Assembly: GCA_031441465.1 (NCBI GenBank) | Contig: JANOEP010000047.1 | Location: forward strand, 1-64,000 | Direction: 5' to 3' | DNA length: 64,000 bases | Source: a bacterium | GTDB taxonomy: Bacteria > Krumholzibacteriota > Krumholzibacteriia > LZORAL124-64-63 | In this document: piece by piece, positions 17,784 to 27,885 of the stretch | Layout of the letters: every line of letters starts with the position of its first letter | Numbering within the stretch: position 1 is the first letter of the stretch | The notes under the pieces: generated by a model | Told to the model about the DNA's origin: nothing | The model's input: the letters and a program-made list of their open reading frames with translations, nothing else | The model's database searches: none | Translations under genes and position numbers: made by a program

Positions 17784-19063
17784 CGGCCCCCCCACCCTCC
17801 CTGCGACGCAGCTTCACCTGGACCTTCCTCGGCAACGTGGTCTTCGCCGCCAGCCAGTGGGGCATCCTCGTCGTGCTGACCAAACTCGGCTCGGCCGCGG
17901 AAGTGGGCCGCCTGTCGCTGGCCTCGACCGTGGCGACGCCGCTGGTGGTCTTCGCCAACCTCCAGCTGCGTTCGGTCTTCGTGGCCGACGCGAGCGGCCG
18001 CTTCCCGTTCCGCGACTACCTGGGCGTCCAGTTGCTGCTGGCGCCCCTGGCCCTGATCGCGGTGGTCTTCACCGGGATGGTCGGTTACAGCGGCCCCCAG
18101 GTGACGGCGATCGTGCTGTACGGGATCGGGCGCCTGGTCGACGGGGCGGGTGACGTGTTCTACGGCCTCGAGCAGAAGCGCGAGCGCATGGACCTGATGG
18201 CCCGCTCGCTGATGATCCGCGGCGCCGTCTCGCTGGTCCTGTTCGCCGCCGTGTACCGGTGGACGGGGAACCTCAACGCGGCCTTGGTGGCGTGGCCGGT
18301 GGCCTGGGCCGTGCCGCTGCTGCTCTTCGACCTGCCGCGTTGCCGCGCCCTGGTGCGGGCCGAAGACGGGGGCGACGGCGGTAGCCTGCGCCCCCGGTTC
18401 AAGCCCGCCGTGGTCAAGTCGATCATCTGGACGGCCCTGCCCCTGGGCGTGGTCATGCTGCTGATCCAGCTGCGCAACACGGTGCCCCGCACCATGCTGG
18501 AGAGCGCGCAGGGCGAGGAGGCGCTCGGCGTCTTCTCGGCCATGGCCTACCTGGTGCTCGTGTCCAACACGGTGGTGATGGCCCTGTCCCAGTCCAGCAT
18601 CGCGCGGCTGGCCCGCAACCACGCCGACCGGGACGTGAGCGCCTTCCGCGGCACCGTCGCCAAGTTGATGGGCGTGGGTCTCGTGCTCGGCCTGGCCGGC
18701 GTGGCGGTCGCCCACTGGTGGGGCGGCCCCCTGCTCACCCTGGTCTACGACGCCGAGTACGCGGTGCGCGGCGACCTCTTCGTGCTGATCATGGCCGGCG
18801 GCGGCATCATGAACCTGGGCAGCCTGCTCGGCGCGCCGGCCACGGCCATGCGGGCGTTCCGCTCCCAACTCGTCATCCACGCCCTGAACGCCGTGCTGCT
18901 GGTGGCGATGGGCCGCTGGCTGATCCCGACGCACGGCATGGCGGGCGCGGCCTGGACGGTGCTGGCCGGGTCGGCCTGGGTGACCCTGGCCTACGGCGCG
19001 GTGGTGCTGCGCGGGATGGCGCGGATGCGCGGGAGTATTACGGCGGCGGGAGGTGCGGCGTGA
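17780..19063 (+). CDS. wzx: Wzx-type oligosaccharide flippase
   Basis: Multi-TM protein; SLRRSF.WT..GN......QW start; located in glycan cluster. Confidence 0.8.
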   Translation: MTAPPPSLRRSFTWTFLGNVVFAASQWGILVVLTKLGSAAEVGRLSLASTVATPLVVFANLQLRSVFVADASGRFPFRDYLGVQLLLAPLALIAVVFTGMVGYSGPQVTAIVLYGIGRLVDGAGDVFYGLEQKRERMDLMARSLMIRGAVSLVLFAAVYRWTGNLNAALVAWPVAWAVPLLLFDLPRCRALVRAEDGGDGGSLRPRFKPAVVKSIIWTALPLGVVMLLIQLRNTVPRTMLESAQGEEALGVFSAMAYLVLVSNTVVMALSQSSIARLARNHADRDVSAFRGTVAKLMGVGLVLGLAGVAVAHWWGGPLLTLVYDAEYAVRGDLFVLIMAGGGIMNLGSLLGAPATAMRAFRSQLVIHALNAVLLVAMGRWLIPTHGMAGAAWTVLAGSAWVTLAYGAVVLRGMARMRGSITAAGGAA

Positions 19064-20307
19064 GCGGCGGCGACGTGCTCTGGATCCTGCTGTTCGCCGC
19101 CGTGGCACTGGTGGGGCTGGCCGCCTCCAGGCGGTTTTTCGGGCACTGGTTCACGCCGTTGAGCATCTACACGGGCGTGAACTGCGGGTCGCTGGCGCTG
19201 TACCACTTGAGGGTGCTCGATCTGATCCGGCTGTCGGAACAGACCTATGCCCTGGCCCTGGGGTCGGTCGCCTTGTTCGCTGTAGGGTCCCTAGGCGCCG
19301 TCGGCGGCCGGTCGATCCGTTTCGACGGTGCAGCGAACAGCCGGCGCGACGTGGCGCACTTGAGCGCCTTCTACTACGTCACGGCGACGATCGCGACCCT
19401 GGGCTGGGGGCTGGCGCTGGCGATCCTCGTGTCCCGCCACGGCCTGGGCGGCCTGCTCGCCAGCATCTGGCGGCTGCAGGACGAGTTCCAGATGCAGTTC
19501 ATCGGCAACCTGAACCTGATCGGCATCCTGGTCGCGCCGACCTATGTGATCAAGCGGGCCTTCGGCGCGCGCCGGCGCCTGGACGAGGTGATCCTCGTCT
19601 CGTGCCTGCTCGGGCTGCTGCTCGCCGGCATCAAGGCGTACATCACGATCAGCGTCGTCGCGGCGATCCTGGCCTGGAGCGTGTGCCGTCCGGACCGCTT
19701 CCGGGCCGCACACATGCTGCTGGTGCTGGCGGTGCTGCTGGGCTTCTTCGTGGTCTACACGCAGAAGATCGACATCTACGCCCAAGAGGGTTACGACGCC
19801 GAGGGCGGGGCCGGCGTGGTCGCCCCGCTGCAGCGGCCCTACCTCTACATCGCGGGCAGCTGGCCCGCGCTTTCGGCGGTCGCGGCCGGGGATGTGGAGC
19901 CGCCGCCGCGCCCCGGGCACGTCCTGCTGCAGCCTGTCTGGAAGCTGTTGAGCGCCCTGGGGGCGGCGCCCGCCATTCCAACGCCGCTGCCGTTCGCGAA
20001 CATCGGGGTCACGGAGTTCAACGTCTTCTCGTTCGCGGGCGAGGTCTACTGGGACGCGGGCCCCTGGGCGGCGCTGCTGATGAGCGCGCTGCTGGGCTTC
20101 GTCTCCACGCTCATGTACGTCCGAGCGCGCACGACGGCGTACTGGGGTCATCTGCTGGTTTACGCGCTCGTCGGTTACGGCGTGTTCATGTCGCAGTTCG
20201 CGTACTTCTATACCTTCAACTTCCTGCTGCTGATGATCTACGCCTGTGGCTTGGGTTTCTTCGTGTTGCGCGGGGGCGTGTTCGTCGATCGGGGGCGCCG
20301 TGCGTGA
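19060..20307 (+). CDS. wzy: Oligosaccharide repeat-unit polymerase (Wzy-like)
   Basis: GTGA overlap with wzx; many TM segments, PYLYIAG loop, FNVFS...YWD.G motif. Confidence 0.7.
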   Translation: MSGGDVLWILLFAAVALVGLAASRRFFGHWFTPLSIYTGVNCGSLALYHLRVLDLIRLSEQTYALALGSVALFAVGSLGAVGGRSIRFDGAANSRRDVAHLSAFYYVTATIATLGWGLALAILVSRHGLGGLLASIWRLQDEFQMQFIGNLNLIGILVAPTYVIKRAFGARRRLDEVILVSCLLGLLLAGIKAYITISVVAAILAWSVCRPDRFRAAHMLLVLAVLLGFFVVYTQKIDIYAQEGYDAEGGAGVVAPLQRPYLYIAGSWPALSAVAAGDVEPPPRPGHVLLQPVWKLLSALGAAPAIPTPLPFANIGVTEFNVFSFAGEVYWDAGPWAALLMSALLGFVSTLMYVRARTTAYWGHLLVYALVGYGVFMSQFAYFYTFNFLLLMIYACGLGFFVLRGGVFVDRGRRA

Positions 20308-21346
20308 TCCGTTGCGCGTGTCGGCCCTGACCGGCGACGTCCGCGTGCCGAGCGCCCGTTTCCGGGTCGGACAGTTCGTCGCGCCGTTGCGCGCGCTGGG
20401 GGTGGACCTGCGCTGGCGGCCGGCGCCGATCTCCAACTATCCGCCGCGCAGCCCGATCCTGCGACCGCTGTGGCTGCCGGCCACGGCGGCGGCCCGCCTG
20501 CCGTCGTTGACGGCGACCTGGGCGGCGGACGTGACCCTGCTGCAGCGCGAACTGGTCTCGACTCTGGCGACCCTGGAAGGGCTCACGCGCCGGCCGCGGG
20601 TGCTCGACGTGGATGACGCCATCTGGATGAAGCGCGGCGGCGGTTTCGCGGCCGGGATCGCGCGCGCGTGCGACCTGGTGATCGCGGGCAACGACTTCGT
20701 CGCCGACTGGTTCTCCGGGCACAGCCGCCGCGTGGAGGTGCTGCCGACCGCCGTGGACACCGCCAAATTCCACCCGCGCGACGGCGCCGAGAGAGCGGCC
20801 GGCGCCCTCCCCCCGGTCATCGGCTGGAGCGGCACTTCATCGAACTTGGCATTCCTGGTGGGGATCGAGGGGGCGCTGGCGCGCGTGCTGCGCGAGCGCC
20901 CGCGGTGCCGGCTGGCCGTCTGTTCCGACGCGCCGCCGCGGTTCTCCTCGCTGCCGGCCGATCGCGTCGACTACGAGCCCTGGCGGCCCGCGACGGAGGC
21001 CGGCTTCTTCCAGCGTCTCGACGTGGGTCTGATGCCGCTGACCGACGACGACTGGACGCGGGGCAAGTGTTCGTACAAGATGCTGCTCTATCTCGCCTGC
21101 GGAGCGCCCGTCGTGGTGTCGCCCGTGGGCATGAACGCGCAGATCCTCGCCCAGGCCGAGGTGGGTTTCGGGGCGGCGACGGAAGATGCGTGGGTCGAGG
21201 CTCTGATCGCCCTGATCGACGACGCCGCGCTCGGTCGGAAGATGGGGCGCGCCGGAGTCGAGCTGGTGGCGGCTCGTTTCAGCGTGGCCGCGCTGGCGCC
21301 GCGGCTGGCTGAACTGCTGGAGGATGTGGCCCGTGGCAGGCGCTGA
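20300..21346 (+). CDS. Glycosyltransferase family 4
   Basis: SARFRV.QF, DVDDAIW, IGWSG, DVGLMPL....W.RGKC.YK...Y.ACG.PVV.SPVG.N. Confidence 0.9.
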   Translation: MRDPLRVSALTGDVRVPSARFRVGQFVAPLRALGVDLRWRPAPISNYPPRSPILRPLWLPATAAARLPSLTATWAADVTLLQRELVSTLATLEGLTRRPRVLDVDDAIWMKRGGGFAAGIARACDLVIAGNDFVADWFSGHSRRVEVLPTAVDTAKFHPRDGAERAAGALPPVIGWSGTSSNLAFLVGIEGALARVLRERPRCRLAVCSDAPPRFSSLPADRVDYEPWRPATEAGFFQRLDVGLMPLTDDDWTRGKCSYKMLLYLACGAPVVVSPVGMNAQILAQAEVGFGAATEDAWVEALIALIDDAALGRKMGRAGVELVAARFSVAALAPRLAELLEDVARGRR

Positions 21347-22502
21347 GGACAAACGGCGGCCGGAGCGGACCGTCACCGTGCTGATCACGAACCTCGACCT
21401 CGGCGGCGCCGAGGTCCAGGCGGTCCGCCTGGCGATGGGGCTGGCGGGGCGCGGCTGGCGCGTGCGCATGCTGTCGCTGCTGCCGCCGCGCGCGTTCGGC
21501 CGCGAACTCGCCGAGGCCGGCATCCCCGTCCTCGACCTCGGGCTGCGGGGATGGGCGACGCTGCCGTCCGCCGTTGTCCGCCTCCACCGGGAACTGCGCC
21601 GGCATCGCCCCGGCGTCCTGGTCGCGTTTAACTACCACGCCAACGTGCTGGGCAAGGTCGTGGGCCGCCTCGCCGGCGTGAAGGCGATCGTGCCGTCGAT
21701 CGGCACGGAGTTCTTCGGCGGCCGCCTGCGGGAGCGTCTCGAGGCCGCGACGGCGCCCCTGGCGCCGATCACCACGACGAATTCGGAACTTGTCGGGGAG
21801 AGCCTCGTCCGACGCGGCATCGTGCCGCGGGTGAGGCTGCGTGTGGTGCTCAACGCGACCCTCGTTCCCGGCGAGCCGCTCGAACCGGCGAGGCGCGCGG
21901 CGTTGCGCGCTGAGATGGGAGGCGGCGACCGGGATCTGCTCTGGCTGGCGGTCGGCCGCTTCGAGACCCAGAAGGACTACCCGAACCTGTTCGCGGCCTT
22001 CGGCGAACTGGCGGCCAGGTATCCGGAAGCCAGGCTGGTGCTGGTCGGCTACGGCTCGCTGGACGCCGAGGTCCGGGAGCTGGCGCGGACCAGCCCGGTG
22101 GCGGACCGCATCCGGGTGCTCGGCAAACGCACGGACGTCATGGACCTCCTGCAGGCGTGCGACGCGTACGTGCTGTCGTCGGTCATCGAGGGCATGCCCA
22201 ACACGGTCATCGAGGCCATGGCGGCGGCCCTGCCCATCGTCGCCACGAACGTCGGCGGCATGGCCGAACTGCTGGGCGAAGGCGACTGCGGCCTCATGGT
22301 CCCGGCCCGTGACGCCGCGGCGCTCGCGTCGGCCATGGCGCAGGTGATGGTGCTCGATCCGACGGTGCGGCGGGCCATGGGCGAACGCGCGAAAGCGCGG
22401 ATGCGGCGCCGTCACGGCGTCGGGGCGGTGCTCGATCGCTGGGAGGAACTGTGCCGCGAAGCCGCGCTCGGCGGCGGCCGTTCCGGTGGCGGGCATGCCT
22501 GA
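21333..22502 (+). CDS. Glycosyltransferase family 4
   Basis: L..GGAE.Q, VGRF..QKDY, D.YVLSS..EG.PN...EAMA. Confidence 0.9.
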   Translation: MAGAEDKRRPERTVTVLITNLDLGGAEVQAVRLAMGLAGRGWRVRMLSLLPPRAFGRELAEAGIPVLDLGLRGWATLPSAVVRLHRELRRHRPGVLVAFNYHANVLGKVVGRLAGVKAIVPSIGTEFFGGRLRERLEAATAPLAPITTTNSELVGESLVRRGIVPRVRLRVVLNATLVPGEPLEPARRAALRAEMGGGDRDLLWLAVGRFETQKDYPNLFAAFGELAARYPEARLVLVGYGSLDAEVRELARTSPVADRIRVLGKRTDVMDLLQACDAYVLSSVIEGMPNTVIEAMAAALPIVATNVGGMAELLGEGDCGLMVPARDAAALASAMAQVMVLDPTVRRAMGERAKARMRRRHGVGAVLDRWEELCREAALGGGRSGGGHA

Positions 22503-23643
22503 GCCGCGGCGCGCGCGGATCCTCTTCCTCATTCCCGAGGACTGGTACGTCTGCTCGCACCGCCTGCCCTTGCTGCGGGCGACGGCGGCGGCGGGCCACG
22601 AGGTCGTCGTCGCGACGCGGGTGGCCGAACACGCCGGGCCCATCCTGGCGACGGGCGCCCAACTCGTTCCCATCAAGCAGCGACGCGGCTTCCGCGGCCC
22701 ACTCCGGGAACTCGCGGGCCTGCGCGAGCTGGTCGGCGTCTACCGCCGCCTGCGGCCCGACCTCGTCCACCACGTCACGCCCAAATCCGTGATCTTCGGC
22801 ACGCTCGCGGCCCGCGCGACCGGCGTGCCCTGCGTCGTGAACGCGATGGCGGGTCTGGGCTTCGTCTTCACGTCGCCGAGCGTGAAGGCGCGCCTGCTGA
22901 GCGGTCCCATCACCTTGGCCCTGCGCGTCCTGCTGCGTGGCCGCCGCACGCGGCTGATCGTCCAGAACGCCGACGACGCGATCTTCTTCCGCGACCGCAT
23001 CGGCGTGCCCGCCGGCTCGGTGGCGACGATCCGCGGTGCGGGCGTCGACGTGAGCGCCTTCACGCCCGTGGCGACGGCACCGCCGGGACCGCTGAGGGTC
23101 GTGCTCGTGGCGCGCATGCTGACCGACAAGGGGATCCTCGAGACCGTCGCCGCTGCCCGCCTGCTGCGCGCCCGCCGCGACGACGTCAGGGTTCTGCTGG
23201 CCGGTCGCGGCGACCCCGAGAATCCCGCCGCCATCGCGCAGGAGCAGCTGGACGCCTGGGCGGCCGAGGGCGTCGTCGAGGTGCTCGGCCACGTGGAGGA
23301 CGTGACGGCCCTGCTGCGCTCGTGCCACGTCGCGCTGCTGCCCTCGTACCGCGAGGGGCTGCCGAAATCCCTGCTCGAGGCGGCGGCCTGCGGCCTGCCG
23401 ATCGTCGCCGCCGACGTGCCGGGTTGCCGCGAGATCTGCCGCGACGGCGTGAACGGCCTGCTCGTGCCGGCGCGCAGCGCGGCGCCGATCGCGGTGGCGA
23501 TCGAACGACTGGCCGACGACCCCGCGCTGCGCCGCACCATGGGCGCCGCCTCGCGCCGCCTGGCGGTGGACGAGTTCGCCGAGAAGATCGTCGTCGCCGC
23601 CACCACGGCTCTCTACGCCGAACTGCTCAGAATGGATGCCTGA
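22495..23643 (+). CDS. Glycosyltransferase family 4 (CapM-like)
   Basis: SHRLPL, QNADD, GAGVD, ARML.DKG..E, LPSYREGLPKSLLEAAACG..DVPGCRE. Confidence 0.92.
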   Translation: MPEPRRARILFLIPEDWYVCSHRLPLLRATAAAGHEVVVATRVAEHAGPILATGAQLVPIKQRRGFRGPLRELAGLRELVGVYRRLRPDLVHHVTPKSVIFGTLAARATGVPCVVNAMAGLGFVFTSPSVKARLLSGPITLALRVLLRGRRTRLIVQNADDAIFFRDRIGVPAGSVATIRGAGVDVSAFTPVATAPPGPLRVVLVARMLTDKGILETVAAARLLRARRDDVRVLLAGRGDPENPAAIAQEQLDAWAAEGVVEVLGHVEDVTALLRSCHVALLPSYREGLPKSLLEAAACGLPIVAADVPGCREICRDGVNGLLVPARSAAPIAVAIERLADDPALRRTMGAASRRLAVDEFAEKIVVAATTALYAELLRMDA

Positions 23644-24632
23644 TGCTCGTCGCGGTCACCGGGGCCGACGGATTCGTCGGCAGGCACGTCTGCCGGGCCC
23701 TGCGCGCCCGAGGCTGCGAGGTGCGGCCGGCGGTGCGCGACGAGGCGTGCGCCGAGCGCGCCCGCGACCTGATCCGCGAGGCGCTGCCGCCGGTGGTCGT
23801 CGGCGAGATCGGGCCGTCGACGGACTGGTCCGCGGCCCTGGCCGGCGCCGAAGCGGTGATCCATCTGGCCGCCCGCGTGCACGTCATGGACGAGAAGGCC
23901 GTCGACCCGCTGGAGGCGTTCCGTGAGGTCAACGTCCGCGGCACGCGGCGGCTGGCGGCGGCGGCGGCGGCCAGCGGAGTTCGGCGCTTGGTGTTCGTCA
24001 GCTCCATCAAGGTGAACGGCGAGAGCACGACCGGCCGCGGGCCGTTCAGCGAGCGCGACGCACCCGATCCGAGGGATGCGTACGGCCTCTCGAAGTGGGA
24101 GGCCGAACAGGCCCTGGCCGAGGTGGGCGCGAGCACGGGGCTGGAGACGGTCACGGTGCGCCCGCCCCTGGTGCACGGCCCCGGCGTCGGCGGCAACCTG
24201 CTGCGGTTGTTGAGGCTGGTCTCGCGGAGCGTCCCGCTTCCCTTCGCCGGCGTGCGCAACCGACGCACCCTGATCGCGGCGGACAACCTGGCGGATCTGC
24301 TCGCTCTCTGCGCCGTGCATCCGGCGGCGGTGGGCCGGACCTTCACGGCCGGGGACGGCGAGGATCTCTCGACCGCGGACCTGATCCGCGCCCTGGCGGC
24401 CGGCCTGGGCCGACCCGCGCTTCTGGTGCCGGCGCCGCACGGTCTGCTGCGGACGCTCGCGTCGCCGCTCGGCAGGAGCGCGGCCCTGGACCGGCTCACC
24501 GGTTCGCTGCAGGTCGATTCCACGACGGTGTGCGAGGTCCTGGGCTGGACGCCGCCCGTGACGACGGCCGAGGGGCTGGCGAGGATGGGCCGGTGGTATC
24601 GGGACACGGGCGGCCGCCCGCAGGCCGGCTAG
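23643..24632 (+). CDS. NAD-dependent sugar epimerase/reductase (WbpV-like)
   Basis: VTGADGFVG, HLAARVHVM, FVSSIKVNGE, YGLSK, RPPLVHGPGV..N. Confidence 0.9.
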   Translation: MLVAVTGADGFVGRHVCRALRARGCEVRPAVRDEACAERARDLIREALPPVVVGEIGPSTDWSAALAGAEAVIHLAARVHVMDEKAVDPLEAFREVNVRGTRRLAAAAAASGVRRLVFVSSIKVNGESTTGRGPFSERDAPDPRDAYGLSKWEAEQALAEVGASTGLETVTVRPPLVHGPGVGGNLLRLLRLVSRSVPLPFAGVRNRRTLIAADNLADLLALCAVHPAAVGRTFTAGDGEDLSTADLIRALAAGLGRPALLVPAPHGLLRTLASPLGRSAALDRLTGSLQVDSTTVCEVLGWTPPVTTAEGLARMGRWYRDTGGRPQAG

Positions 24633-24633
24633 T

Positions 24634-25692
24634 TCAGCTGCCGTCGGCGCGCCGCGTCGTGGCGGCCCGCACTCTGCTGACGATCGCGACGAACAACGTC
24701 AGCGTCACCGCGGCGATGCCCCAGAACACGAACGGGCCGAGGTCGGGGTTCGCCCGGCAGGCGAAGACGGCCGCGATGCAGACGGCCATGGCCGCCGCGT
24801 AGAGCAGCGTGACGCGCGCGTGGCTCATCCCCGCGACCACCAACCGCTGGTAGACGTGGCTGCGGTGCGGGCGGAACGGATTTCGTCCGTGGACGGCGCG
24901 GTTGAGCAGCGTGTAGGTCGCGTCGCTCAGGAAGGGCCAGACAAACAGCAAAGGCAGCCACAGGGGGGTGGCGCCGGCCCGGTCGGCGCCCGCATGGACG
25001 CGCAGCACCCCCAAGGCCAGCAGGAAGCCCAGCGGCAGGCTGCCGACGTCGCCCATGAAGACCCGCGCCCGCGGGTAGTTCGCCCGCAAGAACCCCACCG
25101 TCGCACCGGCGAGCAGGGCCGCCGTCATCGCCAGAGGAACGTCGCCGGCCAGCGCGGCCCAGATCGCCAGCGCGCCGGCGCCCAACAGGGTCTGGAACCC
25201 AGCCAGGCCGTCGATGCCGTCCATGAAGTTGAACATGTTCGTGAAGCCCACGATGAACACCCACGCCACGACCCATCCGAACGCGCCGGCCGCCACCGGG
25301 GCGAGGCCCGGCAAATCGATCGCGACGACCGGCACCCCGCCGGCCTTCAGGCAGGCCGCCGCCACCAGCGACTCGACCGCCAACCGCTGCAGGGGCGGCA
25401 AGCCCCGCAGATCGTCCACGAAACCGAGTGCGGCCAGAACGACCGCCCCGGCGACCAGCGCCGCCGGGAATCCCGGGGTGGGGAACATGCCCATGACGGC
25501 GGCGACACCCATGCCCAGCAGCCAGGGAACGAGGATGCCGATGCCGCCGCCGACCGGTACCGGCCGCGCGTGGCTGCTGCGCTCGTTGGGGACGTCCATC
25601 ACGCTGGCGCGCCGCAGCAGGCCCACGAGCCGCGGCGTGAACACGAGGCCGGCCGCCGCCGACAGCAGGAGCGCGGGAAGGACGAGGTGCAT
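24634..25692 (-). CDS. Polyprenyl-phosphate N-acetylhexosamine-1-phosphate transferase (WecA/WbpL, MraY-like)
   Basis: DVPNERSSH..P.P.GGG, GFVDD, N.FNFMDGIDG, FMGDVGS, HRSHVYQRL. Confidence 0.93.
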   Translation of the reverse strand: MHLVLPALLLSAAAGLVFTPRLVGLLRRASVMDVPNERSSHARPVPVGGGIGILVPWLLGMGVAAVMGMFPTPGFPAALVAGAVVLAALGFVDDLRGLPPLQRLAVESLVAAACLKAGGVPVVAIDLPGLAPVAAGAFGWVVAWVFIVGFTNMFNFMDGIDGLAGFQTLLGAGALAIWAALAGDVPLAMTAALLAGATVGFLRANYPRARVFMGDVGSLPLGFLLALGVLRVHAGADRAGATPLWLPLLFVWPFLSDATYTLLNRAVHGRNPFRPHRSHVYQRLVVAGMSHARVTLLYAAAMAVCIAAVFACRANPDLGPFVFWGIAAVTLTLFVAIVSRVRAATTRRADGS

Positions 25693-25698
25693 CGCTCG

Positions 25699-27654
25699 TC
25701 AGGCCTTTCGGTGCCAGTGGTCGAGCCAGGACTGGAACATCAGCACGTTCCAGAGGCAATGGTGGCGGTTCTTGCGGCGCGAGAGGTGCTCGTGCCACAG
25801 CGCGCGGATCGGGACCGGGTCGAGATATCCGTCGGCACGCAGCCTCGTCTCGGACAGCAGGTCCTCGGCCCAGGGGCGCAGCGGTCCGCGCAGCCAGTCA
25901 TCGATCGGGACGCCGAAGCCCATCTTGGGGCGGTTCACGAGTTCGTCGGGCACGTAGCGGCGCAGCACCTGCCTCAGGATTTGCTTGCCGACGCCGTCGT
26001 GGATCTTCATCGGCAGGGGCAACGATAGCGCGAACTCGACGACGCGATGATCGAGGTACGGCGTGCGCGTCTCCAGGCTCACGGCCATGCCCGCGCGGTC
26101 GAGCTTCACCAGGATGTCGTTCGCCAGATAGGTCCGCATGTCGTTGACCATCATGTACTCGGCGATGTCCATGGCCGGGTCGGCCGCGGGGATGATCGAC
26201 GGCAGGTCCGCGAAGCGGCTGCCGATCACGACCTCGGCCGGATGGCGCCAGGCCGCGATGAGCCGCTGGTACATGTCCTGGTAACCGTCGGCGTCCAGGA
26301 CGTCGGCGAGCTTGTGGATCTTCTCGCCCGGCAGGCGCAGCCGCAGCGAGGCCGGCAGCACGGCGCCGCCGACGCCGAACAGGGTGTTCCAGGCTTGGGG
26401 CGACGGCCGGCCCAGGGCGGCGGCGGCCGCGCGGCGCAGGGGCAGCGGGTAGCGCGACACGCGGCGCCAGATCCGGCGTCCCCACAGATGCCGGTTGTAG
26501 CCGCCGAAAACCTCGTCGCCGCCGTCGCCGGTCAAACCCACGGTGACGTGCGCGCGGGTCAGGCGCGACACCAGGTAGGTCGGGATCTGGGAGGAGTCGG
26601 CGAAGGGCTCGTCCCAGATCCGGGGCAGGTCGGGGATGACCTCTCGGGCCTCCTGGGGCGTCACCATCAGGTTGAGGTGCTCGGTGCCGAGGTGGCGGGC
26701 GACGGCGGTCGCCGACGCCGACTCGTCGTACCCGGCCTCCTGGTAGCCGACGCAGAACGTCCGCACGGGCCGCGGGCTGAGCGACTGCATGATGGCCGTG
26801 ATCGCCGACGAGTCGATGCCGCCCGACAGGAAGGAGCCGATCGGCACGTCGGCGAGCATCTGGCCGCGGATCGACCGACGCAGCAGGCCGTCCAGTTCCT
26901 CGACGGCTTCCGGCTCGCCGCCGGCGAAGGGTGCGGCGCGCCCCGCCGCGGTCGCGGCGCCGACCGACCAGTAGAGGACGGGTTCGGGCAGTGCGCCGGG
27001 CGCGGCATCGGGGCCGAGTTGGACGTAGGATCCCGGCAGGAGCCGGTGGACGTTCCGGTAGATCGAAGCCGGCGCGGGCACGGCGCTGTAGCGCATGAAG
27101 CCGGCCAGGGCGTCGCGGTCGATCTCGCCGCGCCAGGCGGGGTGCGCCCGCAGCGCCTTCAGTTCCGAGCCGAAGAGGAACGAGTGGCCCATCCAGCCGT
27201 AGTAGAGCGGTTTTTCGCCGAGGCGGTCGCGAGCCAGGGCGAGGACGCGGTTGCGCCGGTCCCACAAGGCAAAGGCGAACATCCCCACGCAGTTGACCAG
27301 CGTCGCTGCCAGCCCCCACTGATCCAGGGCCGCCAGCAGGACCTCGGTGTCCGACGTGCCGCGGAAGGCGTGCCCGAGGTCCGCGAGTTGGCGGCCCAGC
27401 TCCGGATAGTTGTAGATCTCGCCGTTGAAGACGATCACGTAGCGGCCGCTTGCCGAGACCATCGGCTGGCTGCCCTCGTCGGTGAGGTCGATGACGGCCA
27501 GACGGCGGTGGCCCAAGTGGATGCCGGCCTCGACGTCCCGCCAGAGGCCGGAACCGTCGGGGCCGCGGTGGGCGAGCGTCGCGGTCATCCGCTCCAGACC
27601 GACCTCGTTGTCGGGACTGGGGTTCCGTGTCAGGATGCCTGCCAGACCGCACAC
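25699..27654 (-). CDS. asnB: Asparagine-synthase-like glutamine amidotransferase (glycan-modifying, WbpS-type)
   Basis: GTG-CGLAG N-terminal nucleophile; HRGPD, FNGEIYN, FLSGGIDSS, GDGGDE.FGGY, RPKMGF. Confidence 0.93.
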   Translation of the reverse strand: MCGLAGILTRNPSPDNEVGLERMTATLAHRGPDGSGLWRDVEAGIHLGHRRLAVIDLTDEGSQPMVSASGRYVIVFNGEIYNYPELGRQLADLGHAFRGTSDTEVLLAALDQWGLAATLVNCVGMFAFALWDRRNRVLALARDRLGEKPLYYGWMGHSFLFGSELKALRAHPAWRGEIDRDALAGFMRYSAVPAPASIYRNVHRLLPGSYVQLGPDAAPGALPEPVLYWSVGAATAAGRAAPFAGGEPEAVEELDGLLRRSIRGQMLADVPIGSFLSGGIDSSAITAIMQSLSPRPVRTFCVGYQEAGYDESASATAVARHLGTEHLNLMVTPQEAREVIPDLPRIWDEPFADSSQIPTYLVSRLTRAHVTVGLTGDGGDEVFGGYNRHLWGRRIWRRVSRYPLPLRRAAAAALGRPSPQAWNTLFGVGGAVLPASLRLRLPGEKIHKLADVLDADGYQDMYQRLIAAWRHPAEVVIGSRFADLPSIIPAADPAMDIAEYMMVNDMRTYLANDILVKLDRAGMAVSLETRTPYLDHRVVEFALSLPLPMKIHDGVGKQILRQVLRRYVPDELVNRPKMGFGVPIDDWLRGPLRPWAEDLLSETRLRADGYLDPVPIRALWHEHLSRRKNRHHCLWNVLMFQSWLDHWHRKA

Positions 27655-27758
27655 CGCGATGCCCTTTCGAAGACCACCAGAGAGCCGGGATCCTAGCATG
27701 GCCCGCGGCTGTCGGCGATAACGGAACCTCAGTCCGGCGCTGCGCCGAGACTTGAGAC

Positions 27759-27786
27759 TTGCCCTGTCCGCCCGAGGTGCTAATCT
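27759..27786 (+). promoter_or_regulatory. Putative sigma70 promoter of the polysaccharide export operon
   Basis: TTGCCC-N16-TAATCT with extended -10 TG in the divergent intergenic region. Confidence 0.45.
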
Positions 27787-27885
27787 GGCCCGGCGGGACT
27801 CCCAGAGCCTGGTCCGGTCCCTGTTTGTCCCGCCGACCGGATCCTCGCCAGGCTGCCACCCTCGTCACGCCACGGAGAGACCACG

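Noticed and set aside
18377..18384. GGCGGTAG ops-like sequence
   Set aside because: Inside the wzx coding region, not in a leader; expected by chance
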